A stretch of DNA of 64,000 nucleotides, from contig CAVXTM010000011.1 of the NCBI GenBank assembly GCA_963764725.1, positions 96,001 to 160,000 on the forward strand, in the 5' to 3' direction. The notes beneath the pieces were generated by a model that made no database searches, was not told the DNA's origin, and was given only the letters and a program-made list of their open reading frames with translations. Positions 51,509 through 61,647 of this stretch are shown one piece after another; position 1 is the first letter of the stretch, and each line of letters starts with the position of its first letter. The DNA comes from an uncultured Gammaproteobacteria bacterium (lineage in GTDB: Bacteria > Pseudomonadota > Gammaproteobacteria > JACCXJ01). A program made the position numbers and the translations under genes.

Positions 51509-53341
51509 TCAGGGCAAGCTGAAGACACTCAACACGCCACCGAGACGCGTATAGCTATTCAATCCCTTATACGCACCTACCGCGCCTAAACCCTCGGTAT
51601 CCTCGATGAGACCGGCGGCCATACCGATACCCGCCCAACCGCCAACGCCGGAGAGCACGCCTATATACTGCTTATCCTTGTGCGTCCAGGTGTTTAGATT
51701 ACCGATGATGCCGGAGGGGGTCTTGAACTTCCAAAGCTCCTTACCGCTCTTGGCATCGATGCACTTGATGTAACCGTCTAGGGTTCCGTAGAAAACCACG
51801 TCACCGGCCGTGGCCAGGGCGCCGCTCCACACCGAGAAGCGCTCCGGAATCGACCATTTGATCTTACCGGTGCCGGCGTCCCAGGCGATGAAATTACCCA
51901 GGTTGTTGGTCCCATCACCCGTGACCTTGCCCCCCGGGAACATATTGAGCACCGCGTTGACATAAGGCTGACCCGCGGTGTACTCGCCGCCGCTCACCGG
52001 CTCGTAGTCCATGCACACATGGTTCGTGGGCACATAGAAGAGCCCCGTGCGCGGCGAGAAGGCAGCCGGCTGCTGGTCCTTGGTTCCGAGCGCGGCCGGA
52101 CAGATGTTGGTGGTGTTCACGTCTTCGCCGTTCTTGTCAGTGCTGTAGCGCGCCACCCCCTGCGGTCGGCCGGTCTTCATATCGACGTGGGTTGCCCAGT
52201 TGACGCTGGGATCGAATTTTTCAGCCACGAGCAGTTCGCCGGTGATCCGATCCAGCGTATAACCGAACCCGTTGCGGTCGAAATGCACGAGGGCTTTGCG
52301 ATCTTCGCCCTTTACCTTGATATCGGCGAGAATCATTTCGTTGACGCCGTCGTAGTCCCATTCATCGTGGGGCGTCATCTGGTAGACCCACTTGGCCACA
52401 CCGGTATCGACATCGCGCGCCCAAACGGTCATCGACCACTTGTTGTCACCGGGGCGGACGGTTGGGTTCCAAGTGCCCGGGTTACCGGAACCGTAATAGA
52501 CCAGGTTCAGCTCTTTGTCGTAGGCATACCAACCCCAGGTCGTGCCACCGCCGATCTTCCATTGATCGCCTTTCCATGTGTTGAGGCTCGAATCCTTGCC
52601 GACGGGTTTGCCCAATTCGGTGGTTTTTTCGGGATCAATGAGGATCTGGTCATCGGGACCTACGCTGTACGCCTTCCATGCCAACTTACCGTCTTTGATG
52701 TTGTAGGCCGCGAGAAAGCCTTGCACCCCGAACTCCCCGCCGCTGATCCCAGTGAAGACCTTGTCCTTAATGACATGGGGAGCATTGGTGTTGGTCGATC
52801 CTCTCTTGGGATCACCGTTCTTGACCGACCATACTTTCTTACCTGTCTTGGCGTCTATGGCCACCAACTCGGTATTCGCCTGTTGCAGAAAGATCTTTCC
52901 GTCAGCATAGGCCAAACCGCGATTAACCGTATCGCAGCACATGACCGGGACGGTCTCATCGTAGTTTTGCACCGGGATGTATTCCCACACAACCTCCAGG
53001 TTATCCAGATTGATTGCGAAAACGTTGTTGGGGAAAGGCGCGTGGACATACAGCGTATCGTGATCGAGGCCGGTCGCACTGCCCGGGAGCACCAGCGGTC
53101 CGCCCTCGTGCCCACGCAGCACACCGGTCGAAAACGTCCAAGCCGCCTGCAGCTTCGAGGCGTTCGCGGCGTTGATTTGGTCTAACTTCGAATACCGCTG
53201 AGCCCAAAAATCGCCATTCTGCATCACCCAATAATTCGGGCTGTCTTGCAGCTTGAGCAGCTCGTCATTGGCGAGCGCCATAGCCGGTGCGGCCGTGGCG
53301 ATTGCGGCTAAGAGCATGCTCTGAAAACGCGTTTTTCTCAT
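51509..53341 (-). CDS. xoxF: lanthanide-dependent PQQ methanol dehydrogenase
   Basis: [18 protein letters not shown] and [10 protein letters not shown] (the extra Asp of D-x-D is the lanthanide ligand; MxaF has Ala there). Confidence 0.96.
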   Translation of the reverse strand: MRKTRFQSMLLAAIATAAPAMALANDELLKLQDSPNYWVMQNGDFWAQRYSKLDQINAANASKLQAAWTFSTGVLRGHEGGPLVLPGSATGLDHDTLYVHAPFPNNVFAINLDNLEVVWEYIPVQNYDETVPVMCCDTVNRGLAYADGKIFLQQANTELVAIDAKTGKKVWSVKNGDPKRGSTNTNAPHVIKDKVFTGISGGEFGVQGFLAAYNIKDGKLAWKAYSVGPDDQILIDPEKTTELGKPVGKDSSLNTWKGDQWKIGGGTTWGWYAYDKELNLVYYGSGNPGTWNPTVRPGDNKWSMTVWARDVDTGVAKWVYQMTPHDEWDYDGVNEMILADIKVKGEDRKALVHFDRNGFGYTLDRITGELLVAEKFDPSVNWATHVDMKTGRPQGVARYSTDKNGEDVNTTNICPAALGTKDQQPAAFSPRTGLFYVPTNHVCMDYEPVSGGEYTAGQPYVNAVLNMFPGGKVTGDGTNNLGNFIAWDAGTGKIKWSIPERFSVWSGALATAGDVVFYGTLDGYIKCIDAKSGKELWKFKTPSGIIGNLNTWTHKDKQYIGVLSGVGGWAGIGMAAGLIEDTEGLGAVGAYKGLNSYTRLGGVLSVFSLP

Positions 53342-53496
53342 GACCTCCTCCTTCCAAATGTTATGTCGATCTCTAATTCTTATTCTCCGAGCGCCTCAGA
53401 GATCGCAAAGGCGTAAGGAGTGAATGCAATAATCCGCTGCCACGCTCGGATAGTGTACACTCGGTTAAATTATACGCAGTCGCAGCCGTTCGGAAA

Positions 53497-53524
53497 ATTA
53501 TAACGAATCGAGTCGATTCATCAA
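53497..53524 (-). promoter_or_regulatory. candidate xoxF sigma70 promoter with palindromic operator in the spacer
   Basis: Minus strand TTGATG-16 bp-TATAAT; spacer holds GAATCG-AGT-CGATTC (53505-53519). Confidence 0.5.
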
Positions 53525-53579
53525 CAAGTTAAGCGGGGAAGTGGCTGCACGGTTCCAATCGATCCGCGCCCATCGGGAA

Positions 53580-53960
53580 TTACCGCCTCCCTGCGGTCTT
53601 GCCGGATTCGCGCGCACGCCGGAAGAAACAGGTACGAGCGGCGGCCCGCTCCGCTTCCTCTAACCGCGCCACGAGCGCCTCGCCTCTTTTTGAATCCCGA
53701 AACAGGCCTCCGCGCTCCCCCGGCATCGCGCGAAAGCCGCGAAAAGTGCTCGCCTCCACGTAATCATCGAAGCCAATAGCCGCGGCGATCGCATCGATTT
53801 CGCACGCACACGCATAGAGATTATCGATAGTCTGCCCTCCCTGCTCGGCCATGCAGGCAAGTACCCGATCGACCCGATCAAGCGTTGGATAGTCATTGGC
53901 CTGCGAGGCGGCCGACAAAGTCACACCGAAGATCAGGGCTAGGGTCAGATTTAAGGGCAC
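53580..53960 (-). CDS. exported four-Cys hypothetical protein of the type seen near PQQ-dehydrogenase genes
   Basis: Signal peptide then NDYPT..RV..V..CM...GG....LY.C.C.ID...GERGGLFRD...CF. Confidence 0.7.
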   Translation of the reverse strand: MPLNLTLALIFGVTLSAASQANDYPTLDRVDRVLACMAEQGGQTIDNLYACACEIDAIAAAIGFDDYVEASTFRGFRAMPGERGGLFRDSKRGEALVARLEEAERAAARTCFFRRARESGKTAGRR

Positions 53961-53968
53961 GTGTGATT

Positions 53969-54598
53969 CTAGGCTGGCGCGACGCCTTGCGCCACGAGAT
54001 AATCGATAATCCGTTGAACGCAACGCTCGACCGGTTCCGCCCCCGAGTTGATGTGTAGTTCCGGATTTTCAGGTTCCTCATAAGGCGCTGATATTCCGGT
54101 AAACTCTTTGATCTCCCCGGCCCGCGCGCGGCGATACAAGCCCTTGACGTCGCGCTGCTCGCAAACGTCGATCGCGCACTCGCAGTACACTTCGATAAAG
54201 TCCCCCGGCGCTACCAGCTTGCGCGCCCGATCCCGATCGGCGCGATACGGCGAGATGAAGGCCGTCATCGCAATTACCCCGGCATCCATGAAGAGCTTGA
54301 CCACCTCCCCGATGCGGCGGATGTTTTCGACCCGATCCTGCGGTGAAAAGCCTAAATCGCCGCACAATCCGTGGCGAATATTGTCCCCGTCACACACGTA
54401 GGTATTGCATCCCATCGCGAACAGGCGGTCCTCCAAGGCATGGGCAAGCGTCGATTTGCCGGACCCTGATAACCCAGTCAGCCAAATGATCGCGCCTTTA
54501 TGCCCATTGCGCTGCTCTCGCCGCAGCCGGCTAATGGTTGCCTCATGCCATACGGTATTGCTGCTTTTGCCGGCGATTACATCGGATGTGTCGTTCAT
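53969..54598 (-). CDS. cysC: adenylyl-sulfate kinase
   Basis: WLTGLSGSGKST, DGDNIRHGL, ENIRR, FISPY and FTGISAPYE. Confidence 0.96.
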   Translation of the reverse strand: MNDTSDVIAGKSSNTVWHEATISRLRREQRNGHKGAIIWLTGLSGSGKSTLAHALEDRLFAMGCNTYVCDGDNIRHGLCGDLGFSPQDRVENIRRIGEVVKLFMDAGVIAMTAFISPYRADRDRARKLVAPGDFIEVYCECAIDVCEQRDVKGLYRRARAGEIKEFTGISAPYEEPENPELHINSGAEPVERCVQRIIDYLVAQGVAPA

Positions 54599-54609
54599 GT
54601 GTCTTAATC

Positions 54610-54999
54610 CTAGTCGTATTTGATGTACTTGAAGCGCGGATCCTCCGGCGTTCCCTCAAGCGCACTACCTTCCTCCTTGCCGGGCTGCCACATCACCACT
54701 TGTTCGATTTTTCTAGCGAGATCAAAATCTTTATTGGTGATGCCCTTGGCCGCGTGGTTCATGAGCTTTACGATAACGAAGGCGTAGGACACGGTGAGAT
54801 CGGGGTGATGAAAAGCCGCTTCCGCCAGGTGCCCCACGGTGTTGACCACCATCAGTGTGCCTTTCCAGCCGGACGTCTTATATTTGCGCCTGATCCAACC
54901 CTCTTCCAGATACCAATGCGGGAGCTCCTCCTTGAGCCTCGCTTCGACTTCCTCATCCGTATAAGTTTCTTCGTGTTGCCTAATTCGCCAGCCCATCAT
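54610..54999 (-). CDS. pterin-4a-carbinolamine dehydratase family protein (H4MPT-cluster type)
   Basis: LAEAAFHHPDL, H.AKGIT.KDF.LA and LEGTP.DPRF. Confidence 0.88.
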   Translation of the reverse strand: MMGWRIRQHEETYTDEEVEARLKEELPHWYLEEGWIRRKYKTSGWKGTLMVVNTVGHLAEAAFHHPDLTVSYAFVIVKLMNHAAKGITNKDFDLARKIEQVVMWQPGKEEGSALEGTPEDPRFKYIKYD

Positions 55000-55723
55000 A
55001 GGCCTCCTCGCGTCTAAAAATAGGTTTCGGTATCTTAACCCTATAAGCGGAGATGCGCATGCGAATATGTTTCACACTCTGCGGATCGAGCGCGCCGGTG
55101 CGCCGGTGCTGGCCGCACAACACTCCCCGGAATCCGAGATAATCCGGGCCGAGAGCCATCAGCGGCTCAATATCGTAAGTTTGCAGCGATCCCGCGAGTC
55201 CCGCAAACAGCCCGAGCCGCCGGCACTCTTGAACGAAGGCCGCAAGCTCAGCTTCGTCAAGGTAGGCGCGCAGACCCCGGCCGCGCTTCTCGGCCGTATC
55301 GACCATAGCGCCCACTAGCCCGTGATCGGCAAAGGCACGCAGGGCCGCAACCGGACTGCTTTCACGGTCGGCGAACAGCACCCCAACCACTCGCGCCCCC
55401 TGCTTTACTTCCTTTTCAATAGCAGCGAGCACGGCGGCCCGGCGATCGCACTCAAAAAACCCGACCTTGACGAAAGCGACGCCGGTGGCAGCAGTTTCCA
55501 CCACGGCGCGACGCACCCGCTTGGGAATCGCCGGAAGATCGCCTGTTGCGGCGCTCACCGGCCGTCGCGCCTGGACCCACGCGACGACCTCACGCATGGT
55601 CGCAAACGACACGGCGCCAAGGGCGCCTCGCGCAGGCGCCTTGAGATCGATGATATCCGCGCCTTCCTGAAACGCGGTCCTGGCCTCGGCGATCGATTGG
55701 ACGCTTGCCAGAAACCCGGTCAT
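54980..55723 (-). CDS. mfnB: 4-HFC-P synthase (DUF556, Orf22), methanofuran biosynthesis
   Basis: FLASV, ADIIDLK.P..GALGA, VSAA.GD, M.DTA.K, GLAGSL and DYLGFRG. Confidence 0.88.
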   Translation of the reverse strand: MTGFLASVQSIAEARTAFQEGADIIDLKAPARGALGAVSFATMREVVAWVQARRPVSAATGDLPAIPKRVRRAVVETAATGVAFVKVGFFECDRRAAVLAAIEKEVKQGARVVGVLFADRESSPVAALRAFADHGLVGAMVDTAEKRGRGLRAYLDEAELAAFVQECRRLGLFAGLAGSLQTYDIEPLMALGPDYLGFRGVLCGQHRRTGALDPQSVKHIRMRISAYRVKIPKPIFRREEAYDGLAN

Positions 55724-56292
55724 GCGACATCGCCTAAGCGGTCGCGACGAAAGGCCTGCACGCGCTCCATCAACCATGCCCAGGCCTCGCGCTCGCGCTC
55801 CCCCGCGGTTTTGTCAATCGCGGTGCGCAGGTAATCAATGTCGGCATCGACCTTGGCCACGGGCAGGCGGGATAAACGGCTGACCAGGATCGCCGCTTCG
55901 ATCACGGCTCCCTGAGCGCGATTGAAGCCTTGGAAAGCCCGATGCGCCTGTTCGTGCACGACCTCGCAGACAAACCTTGGCCGCAGCTCATCCGGCTCCA
56001 CTCGTAGTGCTCGGACCTCGATATGCGCCAGGGTATCCGTCAACCGGCATCCCTGAATCGAAGCGACCGGCGCCGTCGGCCACGAGCGCCGGCCGGTTAA
56101 ACACCCGGCGATGATGGCGACATTGTCAGTCAGATTGAGCACCGCCTCGCCGCGACGCTCCAGATTGGACAACGTCCGGCATGGGCGGAACGGCGCGATG
56201 ATGACTCGCGGCCCCTCATAGTGAAATCCCATCGGCGCGATATGCGGGCTCGCGTCTTCGTTCAAGGTCGTGATCACAGCTTCAAAAATCAT
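55720..56292 (-). CDS. DUF447 family protein (Orf19 of the H4MPT cluster)
   Basis: IFEAVITT...HIAPMG...PF.P..TL.N...FNRAQ.AV.E.AIL.SRL...KTAG. Confidence 0.85.
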   Translation of the reverse strand: MIFEAVITTLNEDASPHIAPMGFHYEGPRVIIAPFRPCRTLSNLERRGEAVLNLTDNVAIIAGCLTGRRSWPTAPVASIQGCRLTDTLAHIEVRALRVEPDELRPRFVCEVVHEQAHRAFQGFNRAQGAVIEAAILVSRLSRLPVAKVDADIDYLRTAIDKTAGEREREAWAWLMERVQAFRRDRLGDVA

Positions 56293-56301
56293 CCTATGTG
56301 C

Positions 56302-57738
56302 CTACTTTTTGGCTTTCGCCCGCGTGCTTCCGGACGGTTTGTAGGCGTGCAGTGCGTTGGGATCGCGCTGCACTTGGTCCCGCGCCGCGCATCCCCACTG
56401 GAGCGGTTCGTCCTGCATGTAACGTTTTCCCAGTTGCCAAGCCAGTTGTGCGCGCGCCAGCTCGATCCCCATGTAAAAAGCATGCGGCGCATCGCTCGCC
56501 AATTCTTTCAGATGCGGAAATAGATCAAAAGGGTCGCGCGCCGTGACCATCCCGTCACGATTGTACACATGAATGCCCACTTCCGAGACCTGGACGCGAT
56601 AACTGGGATCGCGGATCTCCTTCGCAGTCTCGGCGATCTCGCTCTCGGTATACGGAAACGGCTTGCGATCGTGGATGGTGAGCAGCGAGCCGTTATAACC
56701 TCTAGGTAGGCTTGCGTCCTCGCGGGCGGCAAACATGATCCGGCGCCCGACGTCGAGTTCCCGGACCACCGATCGCGCGTGCGCGCTGACCTGGGTCGTC
56801 AATAGGTTATCGATCCGCAATTCGGACAGGATCCCCAGCATGAAGGCATTAAGGCCGGTGGTATCGGCGTCGGTAAGCTCGGAGAGATTACCGGTCCCCA
56901 TCATGATCTCGATGCCGGGATAGCGTTGTCTTAATTGGCTATAGCGTACCACGGATTCCGTCAAGCCGAAGTGTACGGGATCGAGAACACTGTCGGCGAG
57001 AAACGGTTGGCCGCGTGCGAGCATGACATCGATGGCCCGGAAGAGTGAATCCAGATCTCCCGCGCGTTCCGGAATCAACACCGGCACGGCGTCAACATCA
57101 CCGGCAAGATCGACGGTGCTTTCCTTTAGGCTCAGTAGATAGTGGGCGCCTGATCTCGCTCCACGCAGAAGATCATCGGTCTCCAGGGAATCGACACTGA
57201 TTTGATAACCGCGCTCGCGCAGCGCCGCGATCGACGCTTCGAGATGCGGGAAAGGCACCGCCGGCAAACAACCGAGATCGATGACATCGGCGCCATCTCT
57301 CACGTAGGCATCGGCTTGTTTGATGATCGCCTCGATCTCCATGCGGGGCGCCTCGACGATTTCCGCGAATATCCGGATCGTGTAGCGATCGAGCGGCCGG
57401 GCCTTGGCGCCTTGACCGAAAAAGGCAGGCAGGTCTTTCATCTCGTCGGGTCCCCGCAGTATCGGGATCCCGAAGCGGCGCGAGCATTGATCGAGATCCC
57501 CCGCACACAAGCCGGGCACGATGATGCGGTCGATTCCATCCACGTCCTGTAAGCGGCGATTGATCATCTCGGCGCTCATCAAGGCTGCCACGTTCACCCC
57601 GATGTTTAACACCCGGTAGGTAAAATCCACCGGTTGCATTGCCTGCAGGATACGTTCGAGACCCCGTTCGGCTAGTTTCCCCGTCAAGAATAGGATCTGC
57701 TCCACGCCGTTCCAATCGCATTTGGATTTCAGTCCCAC
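56302..57738 (-). CDS. dihydropteroate synthase-like protein (Orf20), H4MPT biosynthesis
   Basis: ILFLTGKLAE, IFAEIV, GADVIDLG, GNLSELTDAD and HAFYMG.ELARA; alternative GTG start at 57705. Confidence 0.88.
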   Translation of the reverse strand: MGLKSKCDWNGVEQILFLTGKLAERGLERILQAMQPVDFTYRVLNIGVNVAALMSAEMINRRLQDVDGIDRIIVPGLCAGDLDQCSRRFGIPILRGPDEMKDLPAFFGQGAKARPLDRYTIRIFAEIVEAPRMEIEAIIKQADAYVRDGADVIDLGCLPAVPFPHLEASIAALRERGYQISVDSLETDDLLRGARSGAHYLLSLKESTVDLAGDVDAVPVLIPERAGDLDSLFRAIDVMLARGQPFLADSVLDPVHFGLTESVVRYSQLRQRYPGIEIMMGTGNLSELTDADTTGLNAFMLGILSELRIDNLLTTQVSAHARSVVRELDVGRRIMFAAREDASLPRGYNGSLLTIHDRKPFPYTESEIAETAKEIRDPSYRVQVSEVGIHVYNRDGMVTARDPFDLFPHLKELASDAPHAFYMGIELARAQLAWQLGKRYMQDEPLQWGCAARDQVQRDPNALHAYKPSGSTRAKAKK

Positions 57739-58008
57739 ATCATACGCGCTCTATGGGGCGTGGGGAGAAAAGCCTGATCGCCGCGAGGTCCTTCGCTTGC
57801 GACCGTCGGGCGTGCCTCGCTTGGTGCGTACAGCGATTCGACGCCCCACCTATGTGCGCGTCCGCCGTTCGTGGTCGCTGTGAAACGACCTTTCGTTCAG
57901 TGAGTTACCGCTGCACCGCGGGTTGGTATGGCGTTTGTGATGGTCCTACGATCTTCCAAGGTTCGGAAGCGGCGGGTGGGTCGCTTCTGGGCACGGTCGC
58001 GGAGGTAG

Positions 58009-61000
58009 ATGCAGGCCACCGATTACCCGCGTACCCGCCCCGATCTACCGGACCATGAGCCGCGCGGTTGCCAGCGCGGTGCCAGCTATTCCTGGTATTT
58101 ATACAGCCCGCACCGGGTCAAGCACCCACTCATCCGGAGCCGCCTCCTCGACCTCTATCGCGCCGAACGCGGACGGGGTCTGGACCCCGTCGAAGCCTGG
58201 ACGGCGATCCAGGAGGACTCCGAGAAACGCCGCCGGTACACCGCGGTGCGGGGCCTGGGAGGTTTCGTGCGCAGCGACTGGCAGGAGGTGACCGAGATTA
58301 TCGCCGCGGCCAATGTCTACACCATACAAAAATATGGGCCGGACCGGGTGATCGGCTTCTCGCCGATCCCGGCCATGTCCATGATCAGCTACGCAGCCGG
58401 GACCCGCTACCTCGGCCTTATCGGCGGGGTACCGCTGTCCTTCTATGACTGGTACGCCGATCTACCGCCCTCCTCGCCTCAGACCTGGGGCGAGCAGACC
58501 GACGTCCCCGAGTCCGCGGACTGGTACAACGCGGGCTATATCATCGTGTGCGGGGCCAACCTCCCGATGACGCGCACCCCCGACGCTCATTTCTACGCCG
58601 AGGTGCGCTACAAGGGCACCAAGGTGGTGGCGGTCGCGCCCGACTACGCCGAATACGTCAAGTTCGCCGATCTCTGGATGCCGGTGAAACAAGGCACAGA
58701 TGCAGCCCTGTTCCTGGCCATGGGCCATGTCGTGCTCAAGGAATTCTTCTTGGAGCGTAAGGAAAGCTATTTCCTCGAGTACGCCCGCGCCTACACCGAT
58801 CTCCCCATGCTGGTGCGTCTGCGGCCCCACGGCGAGGGTTACACCTTTGATCGGCTGCTGCGCGCCTCGGACTTCGACGACAGTCTCGGCGAGGTCAACA
58901 ACGCCGAGTGGAAGTGTGTGGTCTGCGATGAGGAGAGCGGCAACTACACCGTGCCGAACGGCTCCATCGGATTCCGCTGGGGCGAGGAAGGACGCTGGAA
59001 CCTCAAGCTCAAGAACGGTGACACCGGCCCGGGCACTCGCCCGCGTTTGAGTTTCGTGGATGGCGCCGACGAGACGGTATCCGTAGCCTTTCCGCGTTTC
59101 GAGCAATCGTCGAATCCCCTCCTTTATCGGCGCGTGCCGGTCCGCAGGCTCCAGCTCAGCGGTGAAGAGGTGCTCGTCGCCACGGTCTTCGATCTCCAGC
59201 TTGCCCAGTACGGCGTGGATCAGGGCCTCGGCGGCGCGCACGTGGCTGCGAGCTACGGCGACGCCCAAATACCGTACACGCCCGCCTGGGCCGAAGGGAT
59301 CACCGGCGTCAAGCGCGCCGATATCATCCGCACCGCGCGCGAGTTCGCCGACAACGCCGCCAAGACACTCGGCAAGTCTATGGTGATCCTCGGGGCCGGG
59401 ATCAACCACTGGTACCACGCCGACATGACCTATCGCTCCATCATGAACCTGTTGCACCTCTGCGGCTGCGTGGGGCAAAGCGGCGGGGGCTGGTCCCATT
59501 ACGTGGGCCAGGAGAAGCTGCGCCCACAGGCCGGCTGGGCACCCATTGCCTTCGCGCTCGACTGGCACCGGCCGGCGCGGCAGATGAACGGCACTAGCTT
59601 CTGGTACTTCCACACCGATCAATGGCGCTACGAGCGGCTCGCGGCCGACGGTCTGCTAGCGGGGACGGCCAAGGGCAAGTACCGCGGCCACACGCTCGCC
59701 GATTACAACGTGGTCTCCCAGCGGCTCGGCTGGCTGCCCTCCGCGCCCCATTTCAATCGCAATCCGCTCGATATTTGTACAGAGGCGTTATCCGGCGGGC
59801 GCGCAGAACGAGCAGGAGATCGTCGATCATCTCGTTGGCCGGCTCAAGAGCGGCGAGATCCACTTCGCCGCCGAGGACATCGATGCCTCGGAGAATTTTC
59901 CCCGCAACCTTTTCGTCTGGCGCGCCAATCTCCTCGGCACCAGCGCCAAGGGTCACGAGTATTTCCTGAAACATCTCCTCGGAGCCCAGAACGGGGTCAT
60001 GCAGTCTGTGACCGACGAGGCCAAAGGTAGGGAAATCAAGTGGCGCTGCGAGGCGCCCGTCGGCAAGCTGGATCTCCTGGTCGATATCAACTTCCGGCTC
60101 AACTCCACCGGGGCCTACTCCGACATCGTGCTCCCGACCGCTACCTGGTACGAGAAGAACGACCTCAACACCACCGACATGCACCCCTTTATCCACCCTC
60201 TGACGGAGGCGGTGAATCCGGGTTGGGAGTCGCGCTCCGACTGGCAGATCTTCCGGGGCATTGCCAAGGCATTTGCCGAACTCGCCGGAAATCATCTAGG
60301 CACACGCAAGGACCTCGTCTCCATCCCGCTCATGCACGACTCTGCCCGCAGAGCTCGGGCAGCCGCTCGGGGTGCGCGACTGGAAGCGGGGCGAGTGCGA
60401 GCCCGTGCCCGGCAAGACCTTGCCGATCTTCAAGGTCGTCGAGCGCGACTTCGGGGCGACCTACAAGAAGTTCTGCGCCCTCGGCCCGCTCATGGTCACC
60501 CAGGGGAACGCCGTGAAGGGGCTCGCCTGGAACACCGAGGAGGAATACGAGCGCCTCAAGATCCAAAACGGCATCATCACCGAGCCGGGGATCAGCGAGG
60601 GCATGCCATCCCTTGCGGCCGACATACATGTCTGCGACGCGATCCTGATGCTCGCGCCCGAGACCAACGGCGAAGTGGCGCACAAGGGCTGGGAGGCCCT
60701 GAGCAAGAAGACCGGTACGGACCATACGCATCTCTCGAACGCGCGCCGCGAGGATAAAATGAGCTTCAAGGATCTGGTGGTGCAGCCGCGCAAGATCATC
60801 ACCGCGCCCACCTGGAGCGGGGTCGAATCGGAAAAGGTCAGCTACAACGCGGGCTACACCAACATCCACGAACGCATCCCCTTCCGCACCCTGACCGGCC
60901 GGGCACACTTCTACCAGGACCACGAGTGGATGCTGGATTTCGGCGAGGGCTTTTGCACCTTCCGCGCGCCGGCGGATTTGCGGGCGACCGATGGCGTTGC

Positions 61001-61646
61001 CGAGCGGATCGACGGCAAACCCCACCTGGCGCTCAACTGGATCACGCCCCACAGCAAGTGGGGGATCCACTCGACCTTCAACGACAACCTGCGCATGCTG
61101 ACCTTGTTCCGGGGCGGCCCGGTGGTGTGGGTCTCGGAGACGGACGCGAAATCCATCGGACTTAAGGACAACGACTGGGTCGAGGCCTTGAACGTCAACG
61201 GCGCCACGGTGGCGCGCGTGGTGCTGAGCCAGCGGATCCCGCAAGGCATGGCCATGATGTATCACGCCCAGGAGAAGATCGTGAACGTGCCAGGCTCGAA
61301 TACCACCGGCAAGCGCGGCGGCATACTGAACAGCGTCACGCGCGTCGTCGTCAAACCCACCCACATGATCGGCGGCTACGCGCAGTTGAGCTACGGCTTT
61401 AACTATTATGGCACCGTCGGCACCCAGCGGGATGAATACGTGGTGCTGCACAAGATCGAGGACGGCGCGATCGACTGGCTGGAGCGCCCGCTTACCCCGG
61501 CGCGCGAGGCACAGTTGAACCCGCCGGGGATTGGCGAGATAGACCTGCCCCAACCCTTGCCCCTCGCGGCACGCGAACGCGGCGAGGTGAGCAAAACCAT
61601 GACTGGGGTTATGGCTTCCGGAACTATAGCAGAAGAGATCGCTTAA
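58009..61646 (+). pseudogene. narG: respiratory nitrate reductase alpha subunit, 5'-truncated, with frameshifts near 59791 and 60346
   Basis: TDYPRTRPDLP.HEPRGC, SFYDWYADLP, HYVGQEKLRP, LTGRAHFYQDH and TPHSKWGIHS across three frames; N-terminal HGVNCTGSC segment not found. Confidence 0.88.
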
Positions 61647-61647
61647 A

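Noticed and set aside
51509-53341. Calcium-dependent MxaF
   Set aside because: Has DYDG with the lanthanide-binding Asp, and no mxaI/J/G or mxaACKL nearby.
57880-57960. FRSVSYRCTAGWYGVCDG as a degenerate NarG N-terminus
   Set aside because: Only loose resemblance to VRSTHGVNCTGSCSW, different frame and spacing; not distinguishable from chance by eye.
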